Notes: generated from the sequence alone by a model not told the origin. 64,000 nucleotides of DNA from an uncultured Actinomycetes bacterium (GCA_963815405.1 CAWFGR010000006.1:10158-74157); one strand, 5' to 3'. Shown: positions 9,938-21,494, counted from the first letter of the stretch. Program-made: numbers and translations.

Positions 9938-11442
9938 CAGTGGCGGAAGTGACGCCGGCCGGTGAACACCATCGCGATGCCCTGCTCGTCGGCGGCGGCG
10001 ATGACCTCGTCGTCGCGGACGGAGCCGCCTGGCTGCGCGACGGCGGCGACACCGGCTCCGGCGACGACATCGAAGCCGTCGCGGAAGGGGAAGAAGGCGT
10101 CGCTCGCGGCCGCACCGCCGGTCGCGCGGCCGGCGGCCTTGTGCACCGCGATCTCGGCGGAGTCGACCCGGCTCTGCTGTCCCGCGCCGATGCCGACAGC
10201 CTGGCCGTTCGCCGCGAGCACGATCGCGTTCGACTTCACGTACGCGCACACCTTCCACGCGAGCTCGAGGTCGTCCCACTGCGCAGTCGTCGGCACGACC
10301 TTGGTGACGACCTGCCACTCAGAGCGGTCGACCGGCACCGGATCGGTCTCCTGCACGAGGAGGCCTCCATCGATCGACCGGAAGTCGAGCGGCATCACAC
10401 CCGGCGCAGGAGCCTCGAGCACACGCAGGTTCTTCTTCGCCGCGAACACGGCGAGCGCTTCGGGCTCGTACGACGGCGCCACCACCACCTCGGTGAACAC
10501 GTCGGCGAGCGCGCGAGCGAGCGAGGCCGGCACCTGCCGGTTGATCGCGACGATCCCGCCGAACGCCGATACGGGGTCGCATGCGTTCGCGCGCACGTAC
10601 GCCTCGGTGATGTCGTCGGCGACGGCCACGCCACACGGGTTCGCGTGCTTGATGATCGCGACACCGGGGCGGTCGAGCTCGTGCACGAGGCGCCATGCGG
10701 CCTCGGTATCGAAGAGGTTGAGATACGACAGTTCCTTGCCGCCGTGCTGCGCCGTGGCATCCCACCAGCTGCGCGCACCGGCGGCGCGGTAGCGCGCGCC
10801 TTCCTGGTGCGGGTTCTCGCCGTAGCGGAGCTCCTCCGCGCGCTCGAGCGGGAGCACGAGGTGACGCGGCAGGGTCTCACCCTCTTGCAGCCAGGCGACG
10901 ACGGCAGCGTCGAACGCCGCCGTCCGCGCGAACGCCTCGAGCGCGAATCGTCGACGCGTCGCTGGGCCCACGGTGCCGTCGTTGGCGTCGAGCTCGGAGA
11001 GCAGCTCGGGATACTGCGTAGCGCTCGTGACGATCGTGACCCACGCGTGGTTCTTCGCCGCCGCACGCACCATCGTCGGGCCGCCGACGTCGATCGTCTC
11101 GATGCCCGGCTGGTCCGCGAAGGGGTAGAGGTTCACGATGACGAGGTCGAAGGGCGCGATGCCGTGCGCCGCCATGTCGTCGAGGTGCGACTGCTTCGAA
11201 CGGTCGGCGAGCAGGCCGCCGTGCACCAACGGGTGCAGCGTCACGACCCGGTGGTCGAGGATCGCGGGAAGGCCGGTGAGCTGCTCGACGGGGACGACGG
11301 GCAGACCCGCCTCGGCGATCGCCTTCGCCGTCCCACCCGACGAGACGAGCTCCACGCCGCGTTCGTGCAGCGCACGCGCGAAGTCGACGATCCCCGTCTT
11401 GTCGAACACGGAGAGCAGGGCACGCTGGATCTTCGTGCGCAT
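9937..11442 (-). CDS. purH: AICAR transformylase/IMP cyclohydrolase
   Basis: RALLSVFDKTG, IDVGGPTMVRAAAKNH, LRYGENPHQ, KHANPCG, ASDAFFPF, RHFRH end. Confidence 0.97.
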   Translation of the reverse strand: MRTKIQRALLSVFDKTGIVDFARALHERGVELVSSGGTAKAIAEAGLPVVPVEQLTGLPAILDHRVVTLHPLVHGGLLADRSKQSHLDDMAAHGIAPFDLVIVNLYPFADQPGIETIDVGGPTMVRAAAKNHAWVTIVTSATQYPELLSELDANDGTVGPATRRRFALEAFARTAAFDAAVVAWLQEGETLPRHLVLPLERAEELRYGENPHQEGARYRAAGARSWWDATAQHGGKELSYLNLFDTEAAWRLVHELDRPGVAIIKHANPCGVAVADDITEAYVRANACDPVSAFGGIVAINRQVPASLARALADVFTEVVVAPSYEPEALAVFAAKKNLRVLEAPAPGVMPLDFRSIDGGLLVQETDPVPVDRSEWQVVTKVVPTTAQWDDLELAWKVCAYVKSNAIVLAANGQAVGIGAGQQSRVDSAEIAVHKAAGRATGGAAASDAFFPFRDGFDVVAGAGVAAVAQPGGSVRDDEVIAAADEQGIAMVFTGRRHFRH

Positions 11443-12030
11443 CACGATCCTTGGTGGCGGTCGGACGGGACGTCGGAGTGCTCGACGAGGTGTCGCAGCA
11501 CCTCGGGATAGAGGCGCCGCTCCACCCCTTTGATGCGTTCGTGGAGCGACTCGACGGTGTCGTCGGGAAGCACCGGCACCGCCTCCTGGGCGAGGATCGG
11601 ACCGTCGTCGACCTCGAGCGTGGCGAGGTGCACGGTGCAGCCCGTCACCTTGACGCCCGCGGCGAGCGCAGTCGGACACGGCATGCCAGCCCTTGAAGGC
11701 CGGCAGGAGCGCCGGGTGCGTGTTGACGATCCGGTCCGGAAAGGCGTCGTGGATCGGCTTGTCGAGGATCGTCCCGAAGCCGGCCATGGCGATCAGGTCG
11801 ATGTCGTGCCTCGTCAGCGTGTCGACGACCCGGTGGGTGTACGCCACACGGTCGAATTCGGGTCCGAAATCGGTCCTTTCGACCAACTCCCCCGCCACAC
11901 CGCCAGCCGCGGCGATCTCGAGCGCCCCGCAGCGTCGGTCCGCGAGCACGAGCTCGATGGGGAGATCGGCCGACATGAGCGACCGCAGAATGGTGCCGCC
12001 ACCCGATGCCAGCACTGCGATCCTCCGCAC
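11442..12030 (-). CDS. purN: Phosphoribosylglycinamide formyltransferase, frameshifted near 11680
   Basis: [22 protein letters not shown], then [16 protein letters not shown] in the adjacent frame. Confidence 0.92.
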
Positions 12031-12178
12031 GTTCGCAAGGTAGTCGGCCCCCGGCGAGCCGAGCCGAACCACCCGGGATGCTTGCAGTGTCCTGCCAGGC
12101 ATGCTCAGATTCAGCAAGCATTCCTTTTGTCCTGTGGGTCCGCCCCGCCGGGCGACCCCAGAAGTTCGGAGGCAAGCG

Positions 12179-12646
12179 TTGGATCTCAACAAGCTCACAA
12201 CCGGCGAGAAGGTGGTCGCCGCGGCGGGCATCCTGCTCCTCATCGACAGCTTCCTGCCCTGGTACTCGATCGACTTCGGGCCCCTCGGCAGCTTCCATCG
12301 CAGCGGGTGGCAGTCACCCGGCGCGCTGTGGTCGATCCTCGCCGTGCTCCTCGGCGTCATCATGGCGGGACAAGTCATCGCCACCAAGCTGTTCAGCGCC
12401 TCGGGCGTTCCGGACAAGGTCGGGAACTTCTCGTGGGGCATGGTGCACCTCGCGGCCGGAGCCCTCAGCTTCTTGCTCATCATCATCAAGCTCATCAACG
12501 AGTCGAGCTCCACTGGCTTCGCGATGTGGGTCGGATTGATCCTCACCGCCGCGCTCGGTGCCGGTGGCTTCATGATCGCCAAGGAGCGCGGCGAGCTGCC
12601 GGCGCAGCTCGGGGGCGCGGGTGGGGGCACCCCCCCGTCGGCCTGA
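12179..12646 (+). CDS. Four-TM membrane protein
   Basis: GGAGG RBS before TTG 12179; LLLIDSFLPWY and three further hydrophobic helices. Confidence 0.75.
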   Translation: MDLNKLTTGEKVVAAAGILLLIDSFLPWYSIDFGPLGSFHRSGWQSPGALWSILAVLLGVIMAGQVIATKLFSASGVPDKVGNFSWGMVHLAAGALSFLLIIIKLINESSSTGFAMWVGLILTAALGAGGFMIAKERGELPAQLGGAGGGTPPSA

Positions 12647-12669
12647 GCGCCACGCGCATCGACGTTCGT

Positions 12670-12706
12670 GTCACACGACCCCCGGATCCTCCGGGGGTCG
12701 TGTGAC
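12670..12706. repeat. Perfect 17-bp inverted repeat (REP-like/terminator hairpin)
   Basis: GTCACACGACCCCCGGA-tcc-TCCGGGGGTCGTGTGAC, intergenic. Confidence 0.8.
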
Positions 12707-12757
12707 GAAGCCGGCCGGGTCGCGGACTCGACCACCTCTCGAGGGGGAGGTCCACCG

Positions 12758-13922
12758 ATGAATGACCGCGCCACGTCAGGACGGGTTGGCGCCGGCTGGC
12801 GCGCGAAGCAGCGGCCCGTTCCGGGCTTCGGGCACACCCTGGGTGCCGCCGGCGGAGTCTTCGCGGTCGCCGCCGTGATCATGCTGGCCGACAAGATCGC
12901 CTCCGACGAGCCCCGCCTCGCGGGGACCATCGCGAGCGCCGTGCTCGTCGTCGTCGCCCTGTTCGTCACGATCCAAATTCGCCGGACCACCACGAAGCGC
13001 CGCGGTGACGACCCTGGTGCTCGCCGTGCCCCTCACGGTCGGGTTCTTGATCTTCGCCGAGAACGACACGCCATCGCGCGGTGACGTCACGTTGTTCTTG
13101 ATCCTGATCATCGTGGCCTTCCTCGCGCTCTACTGGTTGGGCGACACGCGAGGTCGCGCGATCTTTCTGGGGCTCGCGCTGCTCGCGCTGTGGGCCGTCG
13201 TCCTGGTGCAGGTCGGAGGCGACAGCAATCCGGTCCCGTTCCAGGACCAGATCTCGCGCGGCGCCGGTGGTGTGCTGACGCCGACCGTCACAGCCACGAG
13301 CGATTCGAGCACCGACGTGTCCGTCGCCTCGCTCATCATCGGAGTGGCCATGCTCGGCACCGCGTGCCTCCTCGACCGCGGCCATCGCCAGGGCGCGGCC
13401 ACACCCTTCGTTGTCGTCGGTGCGATCGCGACGTTCACCGGCGCGATCGCGCTCGCGAGCGACAAGGACCAGCTGGTGGGCGGCCTGCTGCTCACGGGCG
13501 CGGGCGTCCTCGTCGGCCTGACGGGGAGCAACGGGCACCGGCGGGCGTCGACGTGGATCGGCGCGATCGCGGTAGCCGTGGGTCTCGCGATCGTGATCGA
13601 CGACATCGACGGCAACTCGGAATGGGGCACGATCGCGCTGGCGGCGGCCTGTGCTGCGGCACTGCTCGTTGTGGGCCAGGTGCTTGCCGTGCGCCTGCGC
13701 GAACCCGTCGACGGTGAGCCCCCTGAGCTCGCCGCCGTGGAGGCGGTCGCGCCGCCCGCGGCGACGTCATGGTCGGCACCAGCCGAGCCGCCTGCGCAAC
13801 CGACCGCCGAGCTGCCGCCTCTACCTCCGGGTGCGGAGCCTTCGCCTCCGATCGACGAGGTCCCGACGAGCCCGCCGACCGACGAGCGACCGAAGCCACC
13901 GGAGCCCCCGACGGTCACCTGA
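12758..13922 (+). CDS. Polytopic membrane protein with Pro-rich C-terminal tail, frameshifted near 13000
   Basis: GGAGG RBS, ATG 12758; about 10 TM segments across ORFs 12668-13084 and 13005-13922. Confidence 0.65.
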
Positions 13923-13949
13923 ACGCGGACGTCGCGGCCGGGCCGTCGC

Positions 13950-14837
<888 letters not shown>

Positions 14838-14855
14838 GGTCGGACGTGTCCTCGG

Positions 14856-16000
14856 TCAGTTGCCCACGAGCGCGACGACGACCCGGGCCGCGTCGAGCAT
14901 GGTCGGCTGGAGTTGGAGCCGCTCCGACAGGTGCGGCTCCAGGATCTTGCGGCCCTCCTCGGCGTTGGTGCCGTCGAGGCGGATGACGATCGGCACGTCG
15001 ATCTGCACGCGGTCGAGCGCCTGGACGATGCCGTTGGCGACCTCTTCACCCTTGGTGATGCCGCCGAAGATGTTGATGAAGATCGACCGGACGTTGGGGT
15101 CGCCGGTGATGACCTCGAGCGCGCCGGTCATCACATCGGCGTTGGCGCCGCCGCCGATGTCGAGGAAGTTCGCCGGCTTGCCACCCACCTGGTTCACGAT
15201 GTCGACGGTGCTCATCGCGAGGCCGGCGCCGTTCGCGATCACGCCGACGAAGCCGTCGAGGCCCACGTACTGCAGACCCTTCTCGTGCGCCGCCTGCTCG
15301 CGCCCGTCGCGCACCTGGGTCGCGTCGTACTGCGCGTAGTCGGGGTGACGGAACACCGAGTTGTCGTCCAGCGTGACCTTGGCGTCGAGCAGCGTGCACC
15401 TTGCCGTCGGGGGTGAGGATCAGCGGGTTGATCTCGACGAGGTCGGCGTCGCCCTCGGTGTACCGCGCGGTAGAGCTTCAGCAGGATGTCGACGGCGCCG
15501 TCGAAGGCCGCAGGGTCGAGCTTCGCCCGGCCGACCCACTCGCGCGCCGAGTCGTTGCTCAGCCCGTCGACGGGATTGATGTGCAGGCGCGCGATCGCGT
15601 CGGGGTCGGTCGCCGCGACCTGCTCGATCTCCACGCCGCCCTGCGCCGACAGCATGCCGAGGTGGAGCTTCGCGGCGCGGTCGAGCGTGAACGACGCGTA
15701 GTACTCCTGCGCGATGTCGCTGGCCTTCTCGATCCAGAGCACGCGGACGGCATGTCCCTTGATGTCCATGCCGAGGATGTTGCCGGCATGCTCCCGGGCC
15801 TCCGCCGTGTCGGCGGCGAACTTGATGCCTCCGGCCTTGCCCCGCCCGCCGACCTGCACCTGCGCCTTCACGACGACCGGGTAGCCGAGACGGTCGGCGG
15901 CGGCCACCGCAGCGTCGACGGTCTCGACCGCCTCACCGGGTGAGACGGGGATGTCGTAGCACGCGAAGAGCTGTTTGCCCTGGTACTCGAAGAGGTCCAC
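14856..16000 (-). CDS. sucC: Succinyl-CoA synthetase beta subunit, frameshifted
   Basis: DLFEYQGK, KAQVQVGGRGKAGG, NGAGLAM, PANFLDIGGGA, NIFGGI; indels at ~15390-15465. Confidence 0.95.
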
Positions 16001-16113
16001 TCGGGAGACTCCCTCTGGGGATGCGGGTCCCAAATGGTGGTCGATGCCGGTCGTTCAGGCCAAACCGGGGCTCCGAGTGGACGGCGCGCCCGTTCGGGTC
16101 CTACAGATGACGG

Positions 16114-16575
16114 GTGCCGCCCTCGAAGCGAGACCTGCCGCTCGTGCTGTTCGCGACGATCGCCGTCGTCCTCGCCGGAGCCATCGTCGCCGCGGTGTTG
16201 CTCTTCGCAACGAGCAAGACGGAGGGACCCCGCCGGTACCAGCCGTTCGCCGCCGGTGACGCCGTCGGCCTCAAGGGCGAGCTCCGTGACGGCGGGCCGT
16301 TCTTCGTGCCCGACCCCTTCGGCGGGAACCGCAGCATCCTGTTCGCGCTCGAAGACAACCAGATCGTCGCCCTGTCGAACGTGCTGCCCGGAACCCACGC
16401 CTGCTCGGTGCGCTGGCGGGGGTCGATCGACCGGTTCGTCGACTGCCACGGCGATCGGTTCGTGAGCGCTCAGCTCGACCGCTACGAGGTGACGATCCCC
16501 AAGGCTGGAACGCAGCAGGGTAGCGTGCTCGTCGACCTGCGACACAAGCTCCCCGCGCCGTCACCGGCGGCGTGA
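16114..16575 (+). CDS. Membrane-anchored hypothetical protein (degenerate Rieske-like region)
   Basis: N-terminal TM; 'ACSVRWRGSIDRFVDCHG..LDRYEV' pattern. Confidence 0.6.
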   Translation: MPPSKRDLPLVLFATIAVVLAGAIVAAVLLFATSKTEGPRRYQPFAAGDAVGLKGELRDGGPFFVPDPFGGNRSILFALEDNQIVALSNVLPGTHACSVRWRGSIDRFVDCHGDRFVSAQLDRYEVTIPKAGTQQGSVLVDLRHKLPAPSPAA

Positions 16576-16581
16576 GGTGAG

Positions 16582-18894
16582 CTAGGACCCGAGCTTCTGG
16601 AGCGGGGCCCAGGCGAGGAGGAGGCGCTTCTCTCCCACGCCGCGGAAGTTGATGACGGCCTCGGCCTTGTCGCCCTCGCCGACGACCTGGATGATCACAC
16701 CCTCGCCGAACGTCTCGTGCGCGACGTCGTCGCCGACGCGCAGTCCGAGCTGTTCCGCGCCTCGCGCGCCGTCCGGTACGGCCGCGCTCCTGGACGCTCC
16801 CATCGCCGCGGCAACGACTCGGTCACGGTGTGCGCTGATACGCGCATTCGTGGACGCCGACGTGCGGCGTGGCGAGTCACCGAGCGCATGCACGAGCTCT
16901 TCGGGGATCTCACTGAGGAATCGGCTCGGCGGGAAGAAGTCGGTCGAGCCGAAGAGCGTGCGGCTCCACGCATGGGTCAGGTAGAGCCGCTCGCGCGCCC
17001 GCGTGATGCCCACGTAGCACAGCCGCCGTTCCTCCTCGAGCTCGTCGGGCTCGCCGAGGCTCCGCGAGTGCGGGAACACGCCGTCCTCCATTGCCGTCAT
17101 GAAGACCACGGGGAACTCCAGGCCCTTGGCGGAGTGCAGCGTCATCAGCGTCACGACGCTCTGGTCGTCGGTGCCCTCGCCGTCGAGATCAGTGACGAGC
17201 GAGATCGCCTCCAGGAACGCCTCGATCCGGCGCAGACCCGAGGGGGGCTCCGAGGGCACCCCGTCCGCCCCGGCGGTCCCGACGCCGACGATCCCCGGCA
17301 GTCCCGAGAGGTCGCCCACGTCGAGAGAAGCGTCGAACTCGCGGCAGACGCCGACGAGCTCCTTGAGATTCTCGACCCGGCCTTGGGACTCGATGCTGTG
17401 CTCGACTTCGAGCGCGGCGATGTAGCCGCTGCGTTCCAGGAGCGCCTCGACCGTGGCGCCCACACCTGCCGACGCCCCGGCCTCGAGGTCGGTCATGAGG
17501 TCGAGCACGTCACGAACGCCCCCGAGCGCCTTGCCGGTGACGCCGGCTGACGCCGCCTCGTGGAGCGCGTCGCGAAACGTGACCCCAAATCGCTGCGCAT
17601 GCTCCGCAACGCGGTTGATCGAGGTGTCGCCGACCCCGCGCTTCGGTGTGTTGACGACGCGTCGCCAGCTCACCTCGTCGCCGGGGTTCACCAATGCCCG
17701 CAGATACGCCAGCGCGTCCTTCACCTCACGGCGGTCGTAGAACTTCAGGCCGCCGATCACGCGATATGGGATACCGGCGCGGACGAGCATCTCCTCGATG
17801 ACACGGCTCTGCGCGTTGGTCCGGTAGAACACCGCGATGTCGGCGAAGCGGCATCCTTCCGTCTCGGTGAGCCGCGTGATCTCGTGGGCGACGAACGCCG
17901 CTTCGTCGTGCTCGTCCTCCGCGAGGTATCGAGTGATGAGCTCCCCGGCGACCTCGTCCGTCCACAAGTGCTTCGGTCGCCGTGACGCGTTGTTCGCGAT
18001 GACCACGTTCGCGGCGTCGAGGATCCGCTGCGTCGAGCGGTAGTTCTGCTCGAGCACGATGATCGTCGCCTCGGGGAACTCCTCCTCGAATCGCTGGATG
18101 TTGCGGAAGTCCGCCCCGCGGAACTTGTAGATCGACTGATCGTGGTCGCCTACCGCGGTGATGTTGCGGCGCTCGGTGGTGAGCATCTTGACGAGCTCCC
18201 ACTGGGCGAGGTTGGTGTCTTGGAACTCGTCGACCAGCACGTGCTGGAACCGGTCACGCCACTGTGCGAGCGCGTCAGGATGCTCACGGAACAAGCGCAC
18301 CGCGAGCATGAGCAGGTCGTCGAAGTCGAGCGCCGACGCCTCCGCGAGCCGACGTTGGTACTCCCGGTACACCTCGGCGATGCGATGCTCGTGGGGCGTG
18401 AACACGCGGTCGATCGCCTGCTCCCACGTCACCAGCTCGTTCTTCAGGGCGGAGATCGAGCCCTGCAAGCGCCGCGGGGGAAACCGCTTGGGGTCGAGGT
18501 CGAGATCCCGGCGCACGTAGTCGGCCAAGCGCACGGCGTCGGCCTGGTCGTAGATGGAAAAGGAGGAGCGATAGCCCAGCCGGTCGGCATCGCGACGCAG
18601 GATCCGCGCGCAGGCAGCGTGAAAGGTGGAGACCCACATCCGCTGGGCGACGAGCCCCACGAGCGAGCCCACCCGCTCCTTCATCTCGCCCGCCGCTTTG
18701 TTGGTGAACGTGATGGCGAGCACGGCGAACGGTGGCACGTTGCGCTCGCGGACGAGATACGCGATCCGGTGCGTGAGCACCCGCGTCTTGCCCGAGCCGG
18801 CGCCGGCGACGATCAGCAGCGGCCCGTCGGGCGCGGCCGCCGCCTCGCGCTGGACCGGGTTCAACCCCGCGAGCAGCGCATCGGCCGACGACAT
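16582..18894 (-). CDS. pcrA: UvrD/PcrA ATP-dependent DNA helicase
   Basis: AGAGSGKT, TFTNKAA, VDEFQD, LEQNYRS, TLHSAKGLEF, EERRLCYVGITRA, C-terminal Tudor-like domain. Start set at ATG 18894 from the -10 spacing. Confidence 0.96.
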   Translation of the reverse strand: MSSADALLAGLNPVQREAAAAPDGPLLIVAGAGSGKTRVLTHRIAYLVRERNVPPFAVLAITFTNKAAGEMKERVGSLVGLVAQRMWVSTFHAACARILRRDADRLGYRSSFSIYDQADAVRLADYVRRDLDLDPKRFPPRRLQGSISALKNELVTWEQAIDRVFTPHEHRIAEVYREYQRRLAEASALDFDDLLMLAVRLFREHPDALAQWRDRFQHVLVDEFQDTNLAQWELVKMLTTERRNITAVGDHDQSIYKFRGADFRNIQRFEEEFPEATIIVLEQNYRSTQRILDAANVVIANNASRRPKHLWTDEVAGELITRYLAEDEHDEAAFVAHEITRLTETEGCRFADIAVFYRTNAQSRVIEEMLVRAGIPYRVIGGLKFYDRREVKDALAYLRALVNPGDEVSWRRVVNTPKRGVGDTSINRVAEHAQRFGVTFRDALHEAASAGVTGKALGGVRDVLDLMTDLEAGASAGVGATVEALLERSGYIAALEVEHSIESQGRVENLKELVGVCREFDASLDVGDLSGLPGIVGVGTAGADGVPSEPPSGLRRIEAFLEAISLVTDLDGEGTDDQSVVTLMTLHSAKGLEFPVVFMTAMEDGVFPHSRSLGEPDELEEERRLCYVGITRARERLYLTHAWSRTLFGSTDFFPPSRFLSEIPEELVHALGDSPRRTSASTNARISAHRDRVVAAAMGASRSAAVPDGARGAEQLGLRVGDDVAHETFGEGVIIQVVGEGDKAEAVINFRGVGEKRLLLAWAPLQKLGS

Positions 18895-18914
18895 CGCCGT
18901 CATCGTACCGGCGG

Positions 18915-18928
18915 GGAACACACGTTCG
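18915..18928 (-). promoter_or_regulatory. LexA (SOS/Cheo) box in the pcrA promoter
   Basis: Minus strand CGAACGTGTGTTCC = GAAC-N4-GTTC, matching the Gram-positive CGAACRNRYGTTYC consensus, just upstream of -10 TACGAT (18902-18907). Confidence 0.8.
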
Positions 18929-19013
18929 GCGGGCTGGGACCTGCGATCGGAGCGCCGCGCGCCCGCCCATCTACGATCGGACGGCACGAACGGGCTTCAC
19001 GGGGAGGTGCCGG

Positions 19014-20265
19014 GTGACCGAGCAGGAAGCGAAGCCGGTGATCGAGTTCGACCACACGTCGGACACGTATGCCGCCGACCCACGCGGCTTCTACCGCGAC
19101 GCCCGGACGCGCTGTCCTGTCGCGTGGACCGAAGCCCACGGCGGCTACTGGGTCACGTCGCGCTACCAAGAGGTGTTCACGGTGGCCCGCGACGACGCGA
19201 CCTACTCGTCGCGCAAGGGACTGTTCGACGGCGTGGAGTGCCAGGGCATCGGTATCCCGCCGGCGGGGATCCCGCTCACCCCCATCGAGACCGACCCACC
19301 GGAACTGCGCGGGTATCGCCTGGCGATGAACCCGTTCTTCGGTCCCGCCGTGGTCGACGCGACCGCGCCCCTGTTGCGTCAGCTCACCACCTGGTGCATC
19401 GACCAGGTCATCGAGCGCGGCGAGATCGACTTCGTCGACGACCTCGCGAGCCCGCTCCCGGCCATGGCGACGATGGCGCTGGTCGGGCTTCCGCTGACCG
19501 ACTGGCGGGTGTACGCGGACGTGTACCACGGCTTTGCCGCGTTCCCGCTGGGGTCACCCGAGTATGAGGCCGCGCTCGCGGGGACGCACCAGGTCATCAC
19601 GCAGATGTACGACGAGATCGCCGACCGCCGCCGCGCGCCGCGGGATGACCTCGTGACCCGGATGGTCGAGGTCGAGATCGAGGGTCGCAAGCTCAACGAC
19701 GACGAGCTCGTCGGGATCCTCAACACGACGCTCGGGGGTGGGATCGACACCACCACCGCCCTCATCGCGCAAGCGCTCGCCTACCTCGACGAGCACCCCG
19801 AGCACCGAGCGGCGCTCGCGACCGACGAGGAGCTGATGGGCTCGTTCTGCGAGGAGATGCTGCGGTACGCGTCACCGGTGCAGGGGTTCGGGCGGACCGT
19901 CACCCACGAGACGGAGCTCGGTGGCCAGCACCTCGCGCCCGGCGACCGGGTGTTCATTAGCTGGGCGGCGGCGAACTGGGACCCGAAGGCGTTCGAGCGC
20001 CCCGACGAGGTGATCATCGACCGGTTCCCGAACCGGCACATGAGCTTCGGCGTCGGCGTGCACCGTTGCATCGGCTCGTACTTCGCCCGCACGGAGTTCG
20101 CGGATCGCGATCGGCGAGGTGCTCCGCCGGCTCGGCGACTACACGCTCACGCCGGGTGCGATCCGCTACGAGCGGATCGGGACGGTCAACGGCTACCACC
20201 GCCTGCCCGCCACCTTCACGCCCGGAGCTCGAGTCGGCGGAGAGCCGCCCGAATTCTCAGGCTGA
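19014..20265 (+). CDS. Cytochrome P450, frameshifted near 20100
   Basis: GGAGG RBS; TDPPE, GGIDTT (I-helix), EEMLR (ExxR), heme motif FGVGVHRCIG; corrected frame stops at TGA 20263-20265. Confidence 0.92.
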
Positions 20266-20319
20266 TCGTTCTGGATCTCTTGGAATTTTTCCGCGGGAGG
20301 GGCGATTCGGGGCGATAAG

Positions 20320-20341
20320 TGTCGTACCCCCCTGTTTGGAT
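20320..20341 (+). promoter_or_regulatory. Putative PafBC/RecA-NDp-like promoter
   Basis: TGTCGT-N10-TTGGAT, 6 nt before ATG 20348; imperfect match to TGTCGG-N10-TANNNT. Confidence 0.4.
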
Positions 20342-20347
20342 GTCGGC

Positions 20348-21484
20348 ATGTTCGATGTGAGAGCCCGCCTCGACGAGCTGCGGTGCCGGCCGACCGAGTG
20401 GTTGGTGGCACGCCGCGACCGGCTGGTCGCGCAGCAGCGCCGATTGCGGGTCGAGGAGCTGGCGGTCACCCGGGTGCTCGACGAGCGGGGCGCGTTCGGC
20501 GACGCAGTCGCCGCCCGAGATGGCGTGTCGGTCCGTGCCGTGCGCGAGACGATCGAGTGTGCGCGGGCGTTGGAGTCCCTGCCCGAGGTCGCGGCGGTCG
20601 CGCATGCGGGCGGGTTGAGCGACGCGCAACTCCAGTCCGTGACGCAACTCGCAGATCCCGAAAGCGACGCCGAGTGGGCGCGCCGGGCACCGAATGTTGC
20701 GCCGGCGGATCTGGCTCGCCTGGCGCGCTCGCAACAGAAACCGACTGTGGAGGACACGCGGAAGCGGCGCGAGGCCAGATCATTGAAGTGGTGGTGGCAG
20801 CCCGACCGCGGGATGCTCGCGATTCGCGGTGAGCTTCCGGATCTCGACGGCGCGCAGTTCGAAGCGACGATGAACCGGATGATCGATCGGATGCACCCAC
20901 CCAAGGGACAACCCTGGGATTCCCGGCAGCATCGCGCCACCGACGCGCTCGTGGAGCTGTCTGAACGGTTCGCGGATGTCGAATCGCCCGTCTCGCGGTC
21001 GAAGCCGCTGGTGATGGTCGCGGTCCCCTTGCACGGACCGGCTCAAGTCGCGGGGATTCCGTTGCCCGATGCGATGGTCGAGAAGTTGCGTGCGAACGCA
21101 GCAATCGAGCCGGTGTTGGTGGCGGATGGTCTACCGGTCGCGCAGGGCACGCGGTCGACGGCATTGCCGGCGAAGATCACGCGGGCGGTGCTCTTCCGCG
21201 ACGGGCATTGCCGTTGGCCCGGCTGCGACCGTCGAACGGGTTTACAGGTCCACCACCTTCGACCTCGCAGCTGGGGTGGCGGTGATGAGATCGCCAACCT
21301 CGCCGCGGTCTGCACCGGCGGCGGCAGCGACCATCACGCTTCGCTGGTAACCCGCGGACCCTGGGTCCTGACGGGGAATCCGAATCAGCCCGACGGGCTC
21401 CGGATCGAACCCCTCGACCAACACGCCAACCGAGCCAGGCGATCCGCCCGCCCACCAGCACGCGCCGGACCGAAAGTCGCGTGA
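20348..21484 (+). CDS. DUF222 + HNH endonuclease (13E12 repeat family-like)
   Basis: MFD start, helical DUF222-like region ('RATDALVEL'), C-terminal RDGHCRWPGC..QVHHLRPRSWGG..NLAAVC..HH HNH motif. Confidence 0.85.
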   Translation: MFDVRARLDELRCRPTEWLVARRDRLVAQQRRLRVEELAVTRVLDERGAFGDAVAARDGVSVRAVRETIECARALESLPEVAAVAHAGGLSDAQLQSVTQLADPESDAEWARRAPNVAPADLARLARSQQKPTVEDTRKRREARSLKWWWQPDRGMLAIRGELPDLDGAQFEATMNRMIDRMHPPKGQPWDSRQHRATDALVELSERFADVESPVSRSKPLVMVAVPLHGPAQVAGIPLPDAMVEKLRANAAIEPVLVADGLPVAQGTRSTALPAKITRAVLFRDGHCRWPGCDRRTGLQVHHLRPRSWGGGDEIANLAAVCTGGGSDHHASLVTRGPWVLTGNPNQPDGLRIEPLDQHANRARRSARPPARAGPKVA

Positions 21485-21494
21485 CTTCCCCACC

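Noticed and set aside
12031-12178. Possible ZMP/ZTP (pfl) riboswitch upstream of purN-purH
   Set aside because: No recognisable consensus elements, and purN appears leaderless.
9937-12993. 1018-aa ORF suggesting a PurN-PurH fusion
   Set aside because: A single indel near 11680 moves purN into the purH frame. The purN C-terminus and stop exist in the neighbouring frame.
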